Made by a program: the position numbers and the translations under genes. This document shows positions 18,480 to 29,035 of a DNA stretch of 64,000 bases, in pieces (within the stretch, counting starts at the first letter, position 1; each line of letters opens with the position of its first letter). The notes beneath the pieces are model-generated. The model saw nothing but the letters and a program-made list of their open reading frames with translations, was not told the DNA's origin and ran no database searches. This DNA is from an uncultured Actinomycetota bacterium (lineage in GTDB: Bacteria > Actinomycetota > Actinomycetes > JAFAQI01): the NCBI GenBank assembly GCA_963770565.1, contig CAVYQE010000002.1:224001-288000 (forward strand), in the 5' to 3' direction.

Positions 18480-19619
18480 ATGACTACCGCCACCCCGCCG
18501 ACCGTTGAGGCCGTCACTGCCGCGCTCGCGACCGTGAAGGACCCCGAGATCCATCGACCGATCACCGATCTGGGCATGGTCGAGCGGGTGACGGTCGCCG
18601 ACGACGGCGTGGTCGACGTGAAGGTGCTGCTCACCACTGCCGGATGCCCGCTCAAGGACCGGATCACGACCGATGTGACCGCGGCAGTCCGCGCACTCGA
18701 CGGCGTCACCGCCGTGCGAGTCGGCCTCGACGTCATGAGCGAGGAGCAGAAGGCCGCACTGCGTACGACGCTGCAAGGCGGCCGGCCGGCCCGGGAGATC
18801 TCCTTCGCCCAGCCCGGATCGCTGACCCGCGCCTATGCGATCGCGAGCGGCAAGGGGGGCGTCGGCAAGTCGTCGACCACGGTCAACCTCGCGGTCGCGC
18901 TGGCTCAGGAAGGCCTGACCGTCGGCGTGGTCGACGCCGACATCTACGGCCATTCGATGCCACGGATGCTGGGCATCACGACACCGCCGTCCGTCGTCGA
19001 CGGCATGATCGTGCCGCCGGAGGCATTCGGCGTGAAGGTCGTGTCGGCCGGCATGTTCATCGAGGACAACCGGGCGCTGGCCTTTCGCGGTCCGATGCTG
19101 CACAAGGCACTCGAGCAGCTGCTCGCGGACGTCTACTGGGGCGACCTCGACATCCTGTTGCTCGACTTGCCACCGGGCACCGGTGACATCGCGATCTCGA
19201 CCGCACAGCTGCTGCCGTCAGCCGAGCTGATCGTCATCACGACGCCGCAGCTGGCGGCCCGCGAGGTGGCCGAGCGGGCCGGCTCGATCGCCGCGATGAC
19301 CAAGCAGCGGCTGGCCGGCGTGATCGAGAACATGGCCGGCCTGCCATGCCCGCACTGCGGCGAGATGATCGATGTCTTCGGCGCAGGAGGCGGCGTCGCG
19401 GTGGCCGAGAGTCTCAGCCGGATCCTCGGCACCGAGGTGCCGTTGCTCGGCTCGGTGCCGATCGACCCGCGGGTGCGTGAAGGCGGCGACACCGGTCAGC
19501 CGATCGTGATCGCCGATCCGGACGCCGACGCCGCAATCGCGCTGCGCGCGATCGCGGCCAAGCTGAAGGCAAAGACCCGCGGGCTGGCCGGTCGCTCGCT
19601 CTCGCTCTCGCCGGTCTAG
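18480..19619 (+). CDS. mrp: Mrp/NBP35 Fe-S carrier ATPase
   Basis: N-terminal DPEI..LGMV..GCPL (DUF59-like), SGKGGVGKS, DADIYG, DLPPGTGD, CPHC. Confidence 0.93.
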   Translation: MTTATPPTVEAVTAALATVKDPEIHRPITDLGMVERVTVADDGVVDVKVLLTTAGCPLKDRITTDVTAAVRALDGVTAVRVGLDVMSEEQKAALRTTLQGGRPAREISFAQPGSLTRAYAIASGKGGVGKSSTTVNLAVALAQEGLTVGVVDADIYGHSMPRMLGITTPPSVVDGMIVPPEAFGVKVVSAGMFIEDNRALAFRGPMLHKALEQLLADVYWGDLDILLLDLPPGTGDIAISTAQLLPSAELIVITTPQLAAREVAERAGSIAAMTKQRLAGVIENMAGLPCPHCGEMIDVFGAGGGVAVAESLSRILGTEVPLLGSVPIDPRVREGGDTGQPIVIADPDADAAIALRAIAAKLKAKTRGLAGRSLSLSPV

Positions 19620-19648
19620 CGAACCCTCGCACCCGCCGATCGGCGGGG

Positions 19649-19978
19649 TCAGGTCGCGTCGGAGTCGAACGGAGGCGCTTCGTTGACCGCCAGCACGACC
19701 GGTTGGGCCTGACGCTCAGGCGCAGCCGGTGGATCGTCGTCGCCGAACAGCGCATCCTCGACGAAACGGCGCGGATGCAACGAGCGCAGGTCGAGGTCGG
19801 CCATCTCGGGGCCGAGCTCCGCGCGCAGGTCGTTTGCTGCGCCCCGCGCCATCGCCCGCAGCTGCCGCAGCAGTCGCGCCGCGTCGGCCGCGGCCTTCGG
19901 CAACCGGTCCGGTCCGAAGATGATCAGGCCGAGCACGGCCAGGACCAGGATCTCCTCCCAGCCCAGGTTGCCGAACAT
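19649..19978 (-). CDS. tatB: Sec-independent translocase TatB
   Basis: MFGNLGWEEILVLAVLGLIIFGPDRLP...FDSDAT; downstream of htrA. Confidence 0.9.
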   Translation of the reverse strand: MFGNLGWEEILVLAVLGLIIFGPDRLPKAAADAARLLRQLRAMARGAANDLRAELGPEMADLDLRSLHPRRFVEDALFGDDDPPAAPERQAQPVVLAVNEAPPFDSDAT

Positions 19979-20001
19979 CCATCAAGCGTACGACGCGGTG
20001 C

Positions 20002-21255
20002 CTACTCGCTGGGGGCCGAGCCGAGGACGAGGGTCACGCTCTTGGTCTGCGAGCCACGATGGTAGGTGAGGGTCAGCCGCTGGCCGGGCACGTGCCGCCG
20101 GATCGCCACGATCAGCTCGTCCGCGGTGGTCACCTTCTGCCCGTTGACAGCCACGATGACGTCCCCGGACTTCATCCCCGCGTTTGCCGCCGGTCCGTGC
20201 GCCTGCACCGCCGCTCCGCCGGTGGGCGGAGGGCTGATCCGGGCCCCGGACCCGGAGTAGGCCGGATCGAGGTTGACGCCGATGATCGCGTGGGTCGAGA
20301 AGCCCTTCGTGATGATCTGGCCGGCGATCCGCTTGGCCTCGTTGATCGGGATCGCAAATCCGAGGCCGATGCTGCCGGACTGCTGGCCGCCGATCTGGTC
20401 GGTGGACAACGACGCAATCGCGGAGTTGACCCCGATCACCGCGCCATTGGCATCAACCAACGGGCCGCCGGAGTTGCCCGGGTTGATTGCGGCGTCGGTC
20501 TGGATCGCGTCGATCACGTCCTCGGGCAGGCCTTGCTCGCCACCGGCCTCGACCGGGCGGTTCACCGCACTCACGATCCCGCTCGTCACCGTGCCGGCCA
20601 GACCGAGCGGCGAGCCCACCGCGAGGACCGGGTCGCCGACCACGATCTGGTCGGAGTCACCGAGCAACGCCGGGTGCAGGGACTTCGACGACGCGATCTT
20701 GATCACGGCGATGTCATCGACCGGATCCGGGTGCCCGACCACCTTGGCGGAGACCGTGTTCTTGTCGGGGAGCACCACGGTCAGCACACCTGAGCTGCTG
20801 TGGACCGCCGCGATGACGTGGTTGTTGGTCAGGATGTAACCCGACTCGCTCAGCACAATGCCCGAACCGGTGTCGCCGCCGCTGGTGGTCTTGACGTCGA
20901 TCGAGACCACACTCGGCAGGATCTTCGCGGCCACGGCAGCCACCGACCCGGGCGAGCGTTGGGCCGAAGCGCCGTTGCTCGTGAAGGACCCGATCGTCAC
21001 CGAACCGACCAGACCGTTGCGATCCGAGTGATGCACGATCAGGCCGCCGATCGAACCTCCGACCAGCGCGCAGGCCAACCCAGTGAGGGCGAGGACAAAC
21101 CACGACCCATGGCCACCGCCGGACGAGCGCGGCTGGCGAGGCGGCGGTGGCGAGCCCCAGCCGCCTTGCGGCGCTCCCCAATACCCGCCGGACAGTGGTT
21201 CCTGGGGTGGCGGGGGATACGGCGGTGGCGCTGGTGACCAGCCTGGCTCGGTCAT
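20002..21255 (-). CDS. htrA: HtrA-family serine protease (TM, trypsin, PDZ)
   Basis: Pro-rich N-terminus, TM segment, ILTNNHV, DIAVI, IQTDAAINPGNSGG, PDZ; GACAAT lies 7 nt before ATG 21255 (alternative ATG 21264). Confidence 0.92.
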   Translation of the reverse strand: MTEPGWSPAPPPYPPPPQEPLSGGYWGAPQGGWGSPPPPRQPRSSGGGHGSWFVLALTGLACALVGGSIGGLIVHHSDRNGLVGSVTIGSFTSNGASAQRSPGSVAAVAAKILPSVVSIDVKTTSGGDTGSGIVLSESGYILTNNHVIAAVHSSSGVLTVVLPDKNTVSAKVVGHPDPVDDIAVIKIASSKSLHPALLGDSDQIVVGDPVLAVGSPLGLAGTVTSGIVSAVNRPVEAGGEQGLPEDVIDAIQTDAAINPGNSGGPLVDANGAVIGVNSAIASLSTDQIGGQQSGSIGLGFAIPINEAKRIAGQIITKGFSTHAIIGVNLDPAYSGSGARISPPPTGGAAVQAHGPAANAGMKSGDVIVAVNGQKVTTADELIVAIRRHVPGQRLTLTYHRGSQTKSVTLVLGSAPSE

Positions 21256-21301
21256 GTCCTCCATTGTCGGTCACGGCTCCCGATATCACTACGCTGACCT
21301 C

Positions 21302-21967
21302 GTGACCGAACGTAGCGAGGCCGATATCAGCCTGGCCAACCGCAGCTTCACCGAAGCCTGGCTGACCGAGGACGAGCCCCTGACCGACGCCCGGCCACGC
21401 GGCAGCGAGCTCGGTGCGGTCCCGATCGGATCGGGCGGTGGCGCCGTACTCCGGTTCCTGGCGGCCAGCCTGAACGCGCGGTCCGTAGTCGAGATCGGCA
21501 CCGGGGCCGGGGTTTCCGGCACCTGGCTGCTGCGCGGCATGGCCGAGGACGGCCTGCTGACCTCGATCGACCTGAAGGCCGAGCACCAGGTGGTCGCGCG
21601 GCGTACCTACGAGAACGCCGGCTTCGCCTCCTCGCGAGTGCGGCTCATCAGCGGGCCGGCGCTCGAGGTCCTGCCGCGGCTCAGCGACGGCGCCTACGAC
21701 CTCGTGTTCGTCGATGCCGCGAAGTCCGAGTACACGGCGTACCTCGCCGCGGCTCTGAGACTGCTGCGACCGGGCGGGATCGTGGCGTTCGACAACGCGC
21801 TGTGGCACGGGCGGGTGGCCGACCCGACCAATCGCGATGCCGACACGATCGGCTTGCGCGAGCTGCTGCGGCAAGTCCGCGACGATCCGCAACTCGTGCC
21901 GGTGCTGCTGCCCAGCGGCGACGGCCTGCTCGCCGCCGTCTTTCGTCCTGCTCCCGACTCTGACTAG
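21302..21967 (+). CDS. O-methyltransferase (Rv1220c-like)
   Basis: [30 protein letters not shown]; TACGCT lies 6 nt before the GTG. Confidence 0.92.
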   Translation: MTERSEADISLANRSFTEAWLTEDEPLTDARPRGSELGAVPIGSGGGAVLRFLAASLNARSVVEIGTGAGVSGTWLLRGMAEDGLLTSIDLKAEHQVVARRTYENAGFASSRVRLISGPALEVLPRLSDGAYDLVFVDAAKSEYTAYLAAALRLLRPGGIVAFDNALWHGRVADPTNRDADTIGLRELLRQVRDDPQLVPVLLPSGDGLLAAVFRPAPDSD

Positions 21968-23202
21968 TCGGTCGGGACGACCTGGCCCTTGCCGAGTACG
22001 ACGATGCCTTCGGCGCTGACATGGAAACCACGGGCCCGATCGGCGTCATGATCAAGGCCGATCACGACGCCGGGCGGCACGGAGACGCCCTTGTCGATGA
22101 TCGCCCGGCGGAGCACCGCACCGCGGCCGACATCCACCCCGTGCATGAGCACGCACTCCTCGATCTCCGACCGGGAGTGCACCTTCACCGCCGGTGAGAG
22201 CACCGAACGCCGGACCGTGCCTCCCGAGACGATGCAGCCGGGAGACACCAGCGACTCGATCGCGCTTCCGGTTCGCCCCGGCTCGCCGTGCACGAACTTC
22301 GCCGGTGGCAGCGACGGGTTGGTCGACAGGATCGGCCAAGAGCTGTTGTAGAGATCGAACACCGGTCGCGTCGACACCAGGTCCATGTGGGCGTCGTGAT
22401 AGGCGTCGATGCTCCCGACATCGCGCCAGTAGCCCGCGTCCCGCTCGGTCGCACCCGGCACCGTGTTGGTGGTGAAGTCGTAGATCTGCGCCTCGCCGGC
22501 CGCGACGAGCGCCGGGATGACGTCGGCACCGAGGTCGTGATTGGAGTCCTCGTTGCGGGCATCGCGCCGGACCGCGTCGAGAAGTGCAGCCGTCGTGAAT
22601 ACGTAGTTGCCCATCGAGGCGAGCACGTGGTCGGGGTCACCGGGGATCCCGGGCGGATCGGCCGGCTTTTCGAGGAACTCGTCGATCGCGCACCCGTCGT
22701 CGCTGCGGATCACCCCGAGGGACGCCGACTGTTCGCGCGGCATCGGCAACGCCGCGACCGTGACACCCGCACCCGAGCCGATGTGCCGCTCGATCATCTG
22801 ACGGGCGTCCATCCGATAGACGTGATCCGCGCCGAAGACCACGACGTACGCCGGGTTCTCGTCGTAGATCAGGTTCAGCGACTGGTAGATCGCGTCCGCC
22901 GACCCGGCGAACCACTTCGGTCCGAGCCGTTGCTGCGCCGGCACCGGTGTGACGTAGTCGCCGAGCAGCGACGACATCCGCCAGTTGATCGAGATGTGCC
23001 GGTTGAGCGAGTGCGACTTGTACTGCGTCAGCACGACGAGGCGGCCGAGCTCAGAATTCACCAGGTTGGACAGGACGAAGTCGATCAGCCGATAGATCCC
23101 GCCGAAGGGAACCGCCGGCTTGGCGCGGTCCGCAGTCAGCGGCCAGAGGCGCTTGCCCTCGCCACCCGCGAGGACCATCCCGAGCACCCGCCGCTGTGCC
23201 AC
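21964..23202 (-). CDS. glgC: Glucose-1-phosphate adenylyltransferase
   Basis: [47 protein letters not shown]. Confidence 0.96.
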   Translation of the reverse strand: MAQRRVLGMVLAGGEGKRLWPLTADRAKPAVPFGGIYRLIDFVLSNLVNSELGRLVVLTQYKSHSLNRHISINWRMSSLLGDYVTPVPAQQRLGPKWFAGSADAIYQSLNLIYDENPAYVVVFGADHVYRMDARQMIERHIGSGAGVTVAALPMPREQSASLGVIRSDDGCAIDEFLEKPADPPGIPGDPDHVLASMGNYVFTTAALLDAVRRDARNEDSNHDLGADVIPALVAAGEAQIYDFTTNTVPGATERDAGYWRDVGSIDAYHDAHMDLVSTRPVFDLYNSSWPILSTNPSLPPAKFVHGEPGRTGSAIESLVSPGCIVSGGTVRRSVLSPAVKVHSRSEIEECVLMHGVDVGRGAVLRRAIIDKGVSVPPGVVIGLDHDADRARGFHVSAEGIVVLGKGQVVPTD

Positions 23203-23206
23203 CGGC

Positions 23207-24679
23207 TCAGTGTCTCAGGCTCTCGAGCCACCGCAGGAAAGTCCGTACGCCGAAACCGGTTGCCCCCTTGGTGACCTCGTCCTCGTCGGCGTCGGAACGG
23301 GCCGGGCCGGCCACGTCGAGGTGCGCCCAGGGCACGCTGCCGACGAACTCCCGCAGGAACAGCGCGGCGACGATCGAACCGCCGCTGTACTCCTTGTCCC
23401 GGTCGCCAATGTTGCGCAGGTCGGCGATGTCGGAGTCGAGGGTGTCGCGGTAGTCGTCGACGAGCGGCATCGACCACAGCCGCTCGTTGGCCGTCGCTGC
23501 TGCGTTGAGCAGCTCGTCGCGCAACTCCGGCGTGGTCGCGTAGAGCGCGCCGTACCGCTGGCCGAGCGCGATCCGGACGGCACCGGTAAGGGTGGCGATG
23601 TCGACGACGACGTCCGGCTTCAGCGTGGCCACCGCGTAGGCCAGCGCGTCGGCCAGGACGACCCGGCCCTCGGCGTCGGTGTTGACCACCTCGTCGGTGC
23701 GCCCGCCGTAGTGCTGCACCACGTCACCGGGCCGCACCGCGGCCCCGCCCGGCATGTTTTCGGCCATCGGGATCAGGCCGGTCACTTTGACGGTCACATC
23801 GAGATCGCGGAGTGCCGCCAAGGTCGCGATCACGGCCGCGCCACCGGCCATGTCGGTCTTCATGGTCGGCATCGAGTCCGGGGTCTTGAGCGACAACCCG
23901 CCGGAGTCGAAGGTGATGCCCTTGCCGACCAGGACCACGTGTCGCTCGGCGCCCTCGGGCGCCCAGGTCATCTCGACGAAGCGGGGCGGTCGCGACGAGC
24001 CCTGCCCGACCGCGAGCACGCCGCCGAAGCCCTCCGCCGCCATCTGCGGCACGTCCCGCACCGTGACCGTGACGCCGGCCGCCTCGCCGAACTCACGCGC
24101 CTGGCCGGCCAGCCACTCCGGAGACTTGCCGAGCGACGGCGCGTTGGCGAGATCGCGGGCTCGATAGACCGCGGTCGCGACCGTGGCGGCCCGGGCTAGA
24201 TCGGCGCGTACCGCGCCGGGGTCGTCGACGACGAGCTTGGCCCGCTTGAGCGTCGCCGGCTGGCCCGAGCCGTTGAAGCTGAACCGGTACGACGCGAACG
24301 TCATGGCCTCGGCGATGGCACGAACCGTCCCCGGGTCGCGGTCGACCGACAGCGTCGTCGCCAGCGATCTGGACGTCTTGGCCCGCCGCGCGATCGCCGC
24401 CGCAGCCTTCCGCAATGCCGGTTCGGATCCGTCTCCGATCCCGGCGAGCAGGATGGTGTCGACACCGCCACGACGGACCGGGATCACGGTGACCTCGCCC
24501 GCCTTGCCGGTCGCCTTCTCAGCCTTCAGCGCGGCGACGGCATCGACGCCGAGCTCGGTCAGCGCCTCGGATCCGGCCCCGACCCGCGGTGCGCCGCTCG
24601 AGCGAGGAACCACCGGAAGGGCCAGCGCGGCGCCGCTACCGAGCAGTGGTCCCCGGGTGGCAGCGACCGTGAGCGTCAC
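23207..24679 (-). CDS. Leucyl aminopeptidase (M17)
   Basis: [41 protein letters not shown]. Confidence 0.94.
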   Translation of the reverse strand: MTLTVAATRGPLLGSGAALALPVVPRSSGAPRVGAGSEALTELGVDAVAALKAEKATGKAGEVTVIPVRRGGVDTILLAGIGDGSEPALRKAAAAIARRAKTSRSLATTLSVDRDPGTVRAIAEAMTFASYRFSFNGSGQPATLKRAKLVVDDPGAVRADLARAATVATAVYRARDLANAPSLGKSPEWLAGQAREFGEAAGVTVTVRDVPQMAAEGFGGVLAVGQGSSRPPRFVEMTWAPEGAERHVVLVGKGITFDSGGLSLKTPDSMPTMKTDMAGGAAVIATLAALRDLDVTVKVTGLIPMAENMPGGAAVRPGDVVQHYGGRTDEVVNTDAEGRVVLADALAYAVATLKPDVVVDIATLTGAVRIALGQRYGALYATTPELRDELLNAAATANERLWSMPLVDDYRDTLDSDIADLRNIGDRDKEYSGGSIVAALFLREFVGSVPWAHLDVAGPARSDADEDEVTKGATGFGVRTFLRWLESLRH

Positions 24680-24695
24680 CGGCGCGCGCCCGCCC

Positions 24696-24863
24696 TCAGC
24701 CGACGGCGGTCTTGAGGGCGTCGCCGAGGTTGGTCGCCTCGGCCGGGGTCAACTCGACGACAAGTCGGCCGCCGCCCTCCAGCGGAACGCGCATGACAAT
24801 GCCACGTCCTTCCTTGGTCACCTCGAGCGGACCATCGCCCGTCCGTGGCTTCATGGCGGCCAT
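24696..24863 (-). CDS. DUF3117 domain protein (Rv1211-like)
   Basis: MAAMKPRTGDGPLEVTKEGRGIVMRVPLEGGGRLVVEL. Confidence 0.95.
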   Translation of the reverse strand: MAAMKPRTGDGPLEVTKEGRGIVMRVPLEGGGRLVVELTPAEATNLGDALKTAVG

Positions 24864-25014
24864 GCGCACGCTCCATTCGTTGTCTGAACCAGTGCAACGA
24901 ACCATTATCGCGGAGAGGGCCGCGTCTCGGAAATCGCCGGTCGGCCCGAGCGCTGTCGGACGCTCTCAGGCGCGGGTCCGCCGGGAGCGCGGGCGGACGG
25001 GGCACACTGCCCTG

Positions 25015-25815
25015 GTGAACGCCCGATCGGCGCTGTTCGACCTGTACGGCGACCATCTCGCCGGGCGGGGCGGGCAGGCGCCGGTGGCCGCGCTGGTGCG
25101 CTGCCTGGGCGCGCTCGACATCGCCGCCCCCGCGGTGCGTACCGCGGTCTCGCGGATGGTCCGCCAGGACTGGCTGGTCGCGATCCGGACGCCGGGCGGC
25201 CCCGGCTACGCGCTCACCCCGCGCGCGGTCCGCCGCCTCGACGAGGCCGCCGCCCGGATCTACCGGACCCGGACCGCGCCCTGGGACGGCCGGTGGCAGC
25301 TGTTGAGCGTCGCCCGGGTGCGCGAGCGGTCGCGCCGCGACCGGTTGCGGGCCGGCCTGCGCTACCTGGGGTACGGCGCGATCGACGAGACCACCTGGAT
25401 CGCCCCGCGTGCGTCCAGCGAGCTCGGCGCGCTGCTCGAGGCCGAGGCGGTCCGGGCCGAGCTGTTCACCGCGGTCCACGACGGCGACACCCAGGCGCTG
25501 GTCGGCCGGGTCTGGGACCTCGACGCCCTCGGGTCGGCGTACCGGGACTGGCTTGCCGTGGCAGCCGTGATCGCGAGCACGGTCGATCCGGCCGGCTCCG
25601 ACGAGGCGGCGTTTGCCGCGCGCAGCCAGCTGGTCCACGAATGGCGGAAGTTCCTCTTCAGCGACCCGTGGCTGCCCGACGAGCTGCTGCCGGAGGACTG
25701 GATCGGCCGCGAAGCCGCGCGATACTTCGACCACCAGGCCACCCGGCTGTTGCCCGCGGCCGCCCGCTTCATCGACAGCGCTTTGGCAACCGAGGGACGG
25801 AGAAGTCATGAGTGA
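25015..25815 (+). CDS. PaaX family transcriptional regulator
   Basis: ARSALFDLYGD, AVRTAVSRM, WDGRW, LVHEWRKFLFSDPWLPDELLPEDW. Confidence 0.92.
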   Translation: MNARSALFDLYGDHLAGRGGQAPVAALVRCLGALDIAAPAVRTAVSRMVRQDWLVAIRTPGGPGYALTPRAVRRLDEAAARIYRTRTAPWDGRWQLLSVARVRERSRRDRLRAGLRYLGYGAIDETTWIAPRASSELGALLEAEAVRAELFTAVHDGDTQALVGRVWDLDALGSAYRDWLAVAAVIASTVDPAGSDEAAFAARSQLVHEWRKFLFSDPWLPDELLPEDWIGREAARYFDHQATRLLPAAARFIDSALATEGRRSHE

Positions 25816-26593
25816 GGGCATCGAGTACGTCGTCACCGACCAGGTCGCGAGGATCACCCTCAATCGGCCGGAGTCGCTGAACTCCCTCACCACCGCGATG
25901 AAGGAGGGTCTGCTCGCCGCGCTCCGTGACTCACACGACGACGACCAGGTCCGGGCCGTGGTCCTGACCGGCGCGGGGCGAGCGTTCTGCGTCGGACAGG
26001 ACCTCAAGGAGCACGCCGACGGACTCAACTCCGGCGACACCGAGCTGTCCACGGTTCGGGACCACTTCAACCCGATCGCCGAAGCGCTGATCGGGATGCC
26101 GAAGCCGGTGATCGCCGCGGTCAACGGCACGGCGGCCGGCGCGGGCGCCTCACTCGCGTTCGCCTGCGACATCCGGATCGCTGCGGACACCGCGACGTTC
26201 CTGATGGCTTTCGCCCGGGTCGGCCTCGGCCCGGACACCGGCGCCTCATGGACGTTGCCACGACTGATCGGGGTCGGCCGGGCGACCGCGATGCTGATGC
26301 TGGCCGATCCGGTCGCGGCCACGCAGGCGCTGGAGATGGGGCTGGTATCGGCCGTCGTACCCGCCGCCGACCTCGAATCCGTGGTGGACGCGTTGGCGAC
26401 GAAACTAGCTAGCGGGCCGACGTTGGCTTACGCCGCGATCAAGAACGCGCTCGGTTTCGCCGCGTCGCACTCGTTGTCGGAGAGCCTCGCGCACGAGGCC
26501 GCGATGCAGGCGCACTGTGGCACGAGCATCGACCACCGGCGTGCGGTCGAGGCCTTTCTCGCGAAGGAAACTGCGTCCTTCGCCGGGCGCTGA
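25808..26593 (+). CDS. Enoyl-CoA hydratase/isomerase (PaaG-like)
   Basis: ITLNRPESLN, AFCVGQDL, AAVNGTAAGAG, VGLGPDTG. Confidence 0.92.
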   Translation: MSEGIEYVVTDQVARITLNRPESLNSLTTAMKEGLLAALRDSHDDDQVRAVVLTGAGRAFCVGQDLKEHADGLNSGDTELSTVRDHFNPIAEALIGMPKPVIAAVNGTAAGAGASLAFACDIRIAADTATFLMAFARVGLGPDTGASWTLPRLIGVGRATAMLMLADPVAATQALEMGLVSAVVPAADLESVVDALATKLASGPTLAYAAIKNALGFAASHSLSESLAHEAAMQAHCGTSIDHRRAVEAFLAKETASFAGR

Positions 26594-26595
26594 CG

Positions 26596-27234
26596 GTGAC
26601 CAAGGACACCGCGGCCCGACTCCTCGCCGCGTTGACGGCGAGCGTCGTGCTGGTCGGGATCGGGCTGCAGATCCACGCAACCGCAACGTCTACCGGCGGT
26701 TTCTTCACGTCGAAGAGCGACCGGATCGCGAACATCTTCTGCTTCTTCACCGTCTTGTCGAACCTGCTGCTCGCCGCAACGAACGCGGTGCTCGTCGTCG
26801 AGCCGCACCGGCGATCGACGGTGTTCTCCGGTCTTCGCCTGTCTGGCGTACTGAGCATGATCGTCACCGGCGTCGTCTTCCACGTCGCGCTCGCCGGGCT
26901 GCACGACCTGCACGGCACCGCGAAGGCCGCGGACGTCTTGCTGCACACCGTGTCGCCGGTGCTTGCGCTGATCGGCTGGCTGTTCGTCGGCCCACGCGGC
27001 GCCATCAACCGCACCGTGGTCGGCGTGACCTTGATCTATCCGGTCGGCTGGCTCATCGCCACCCTGATCCGTGGCGCGGTCGTCGGCTTCTACCCGTATC
27101 CGTTCCTGGACGCGACCACGCACGGCTATCTGCGGGTTGCGGTCAACTGCGTGGTCGTCGCGGCACTGTTCCTCGGTCTTGCGATCGGCGCCGACCGCCT
27201 CGACCGGGTGCTGCCGTCCGCGCGACGGGCCTAG
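26596..27234 (+). CDS. Pr6Pr-family (FAR-17a/AIG1-like) membrane protein
   Basis: FFTVLSN, LLHTVSP, FYPYPFLD; 6 TM segments. Confidence 0.85.
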   Translation: MTKDTAARLLAALTASVVLVGIGLQIHATATSTGGFFTSKSDRIANIFCFFTVLSNLLLAATNAVLVVEPHRRSTVFSGLRLSGVLSMIVTGVVFHVALAGLHDLHGTAKAADVLLHTVSPVLALIGWLFVGPRGAINRTVVGVTLIYPVGWLIATLIRGAVVGFYPYPFLDATTHGYLRVAVNCVVVAALFLGLAIGADRLDRVLPSARRA

Positions 27235-27806
27235 CGCACCCAGCAGTCGGCCAGGTGGTCGTTGATCAGCCCGGTCGCCTGCATCAACGCGTGCGCCGTG
27301 GTCGGACCGACGAAGCGAAAACTGTGCGCCTTCAACGCCTTGGCAAGCGCGATCGACTCAACCGACGTCGACGCAAGATCGCCGAGGGTCTTCGGCGCCG
27401 GCCACGGCTCGGTCGGCGCAAAGCCCTCGACGAACGCGAGCATTCCGCCCGGCAGATCCAACGCGGCCTTCGCGTTCGAGATGGTCGCCTCGATCTTGGT
27501 CCGGTTGCGCACGATGCCGGCATCGGCGAGCAACCGGTCGACATCTGACTCGTCGAAGCGGGCGACGTCGGCGATCGAGAACCCGGCGAACGCGGCCCGG
27601 AAGCCCGGCCGCTTGCGCAGGATGATCAGCCACGACAGCCCGGACTGGAATCCTTCGAGGGTCAACCGCTCGAACATCGCGTCATCGGTGGTGAGCGGTC
27701 GGCCCCACTCGTCATCGTGATAGCTGATGTAGTCGGGGGTCGACAGCGCCCACGGACAACGCAGCTTGCCGTCTTCGCCCGGCAACGCGCCACGCGGATC
27801 GCTCAT
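27231..27806 (-). CDS. tag: DNA-3-methyladenine glycosylase I
   Basis: RCPW, YHDDEWG, LEGFQSGLSW, IVRNRTKI, FVGPTT, NDHLADC. Confidence 0.95.
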   Translation of the reverse strand: MSDPRGALPGEDGKLRCPWALSTPDYISYHDDEWGRPLTTDDAMFERLTLEGFQSGLSWLIILRKRPGFRAAFAGFSIADVARFDESDVDRLLADAGIVRNRTKIEATISNAKAALDLPGGMLAFVEGFAPTEPWPAPKTLGDLASTSVESIALAKALKAHSFRFVGPTTAHALMQATGLINDHLADCWVR

Positions 27807-28066
27807 GTGTCGGGTGTGGGCGGCGGCTCGCGCATCGCTTCGGCCACCCGTTCGAGTGCCTTGTCGACGTCTTCCATCCGATAGCCGCGCGCGCTGGTGC
27901 GAAACCGCAACCCGCCGATGTCGTCGGCCCTCAACGGCCGATCGGGCAGTCCCAGGTCGCCGTGGTCGACGGTCTCCGCGCTGAGGCCATCGCCGCCCAG
28001 CGTCAGCGCGAGCGCAACCCCGACCAGAAGGATGACGCCCAGCAGGACGATGACGATGACTCCCAC
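27803..28066 (-). CDS. Membrane-anchored DivIVA-domain protein (Rv1209-like)
   Basis: N-terminal TM segment followed by LRFRTSARGYRMEDVD. Confidence 0.85.
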   Translation of the reverse strand: MGVIVIVLLGVILLVGVALALTLGGDGLSAETVDHGDLGLPDRPLRADDIGGLRFRTSARGYRMEDVDKALERVAEAMREPPPTPDT

Positions 28067-28112
28067 CCCTGAATGGTGACACGCCGGTCCGACACAGACC
28101 CGTCCTGATGCC

Positions 28113-28892
28113 TTACTCGGGGGCCAGCGGAGCCGGCTCCTGAGGCCGGCCGGCTTGGCTCTCGCGGATGATCGCCACGATCTCGTCGACATCGTCGCTG
28201 ACCTTGATCAGGTCGAGGTCGTCGGCGTACACCTTGCCTTCGGCCAGCATCGACGCCTTCAGCCAGTCGATCAGCCCGGACCAGTACGCCGACCCGTACA
28301 GGATCACCGGGAACGATGTGATCTTGCCGGTCTGGACGAGGGTCAGCGCCTCGAACAGCTCGTCCATCGTGCCGAAACCGCCGGGGAGGACGACGAACGC
28401 CTGCGAGTACTTGACGAACATCGTCTTGCGGACGAAGAAGTAGCGGAAGTTGACGCCGACGTCGACCCAGTCGTTGAGCCGTTGCTCGAACGGCAACTCG
28501 ATGCCGAGACCGATCGAGACGCCGCCGGCCTGGGTGCTGCCCTTGTTGACCGACTCCATGACGCCGGGGCCGCCGCCGGTGATCACCGCCCAGCCGTCCC
28601 GGGCGAGCGCCGCACCGAGCTGTTCCCCGACGAGGTACTCGGGCGATCCCGGCTGAGTACGCGCCGAGCCGAACACGCAAACGGCGCGCGGCGCCTCGGC
28701 GAGCAGGCCGAACCCCTCGACGAACTCGGCCTGGATCCGCAGCACCCGCCAGGGGTCGGTGTGCACCCAGTCCGAGGGCCCACGGGTGTCGAGCAGGCGT
28801 TGGTCGGTCGTCGAGCCCTGCACCTGCTCACGCCGCAGGACAATCGGGCCGCGCTGCTTCTCCGGCATGCGCTCCGGGTCGTTGAACTCCAC
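28113..28892 (-). CDS. LOG family (TIGR00730) Rossmann-fold protein
   Basis: VFGSAR, TGGGPGVME, FFVRKTMF, PGGFGTMDE. Confidence 0.94.
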   Translation of the reverse strand: MEFNDPERMPEKQRGPIVLRREQVQGSTTDQRLLDTRGPSDWVHTDPWRVLRIQAEFVEGFGLLAEAPRAVCVFGSARTQPGSPEYLVGEQLGAALARDGWAVITGGGPGVMESVNKGSTQAGGVSIGLGIELPFEQRLNDWVDVGVNFRYFFVRKTMFVKYSQAFVVLPGGFGTMDELFEALTLVQTGKITSFPVILYGSAYWSGLIDWLKASMLAEGKVYADDLDLIKVSDDVDEIVAIIRESQAGRPQEPAPLAPE

Positions 28893-29035
28893 GCGCGGAG
28901 GTTACCCGCTCCCGGGAGCCGAATCGCGGGCCCCCGTATCAGCACACAACGCTCGGCCGGAACGGACGCGAACCGGGCACCGGGCCGGATACCAACGGCC
29001 AGAACGCGGCGTTGTGTGCTCGAACCGGGGCCGGG

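Noticed and set aside
24676-26322. Long antisense or alternative-frame ORFs (also 37416-39113, 42430-43638, 44839-46140)
   Set aside because: Shadow ORFs over well-supported genes with no recognisable motifs.
25015-26593. PaaX + PaaG-like pair as a phenylacetate catabolic cluster
   Set aside because: No other paa genes are present; the enoyl-CoA hydratase next to DUF3117/tag is ordinary actinobacterial synteny.
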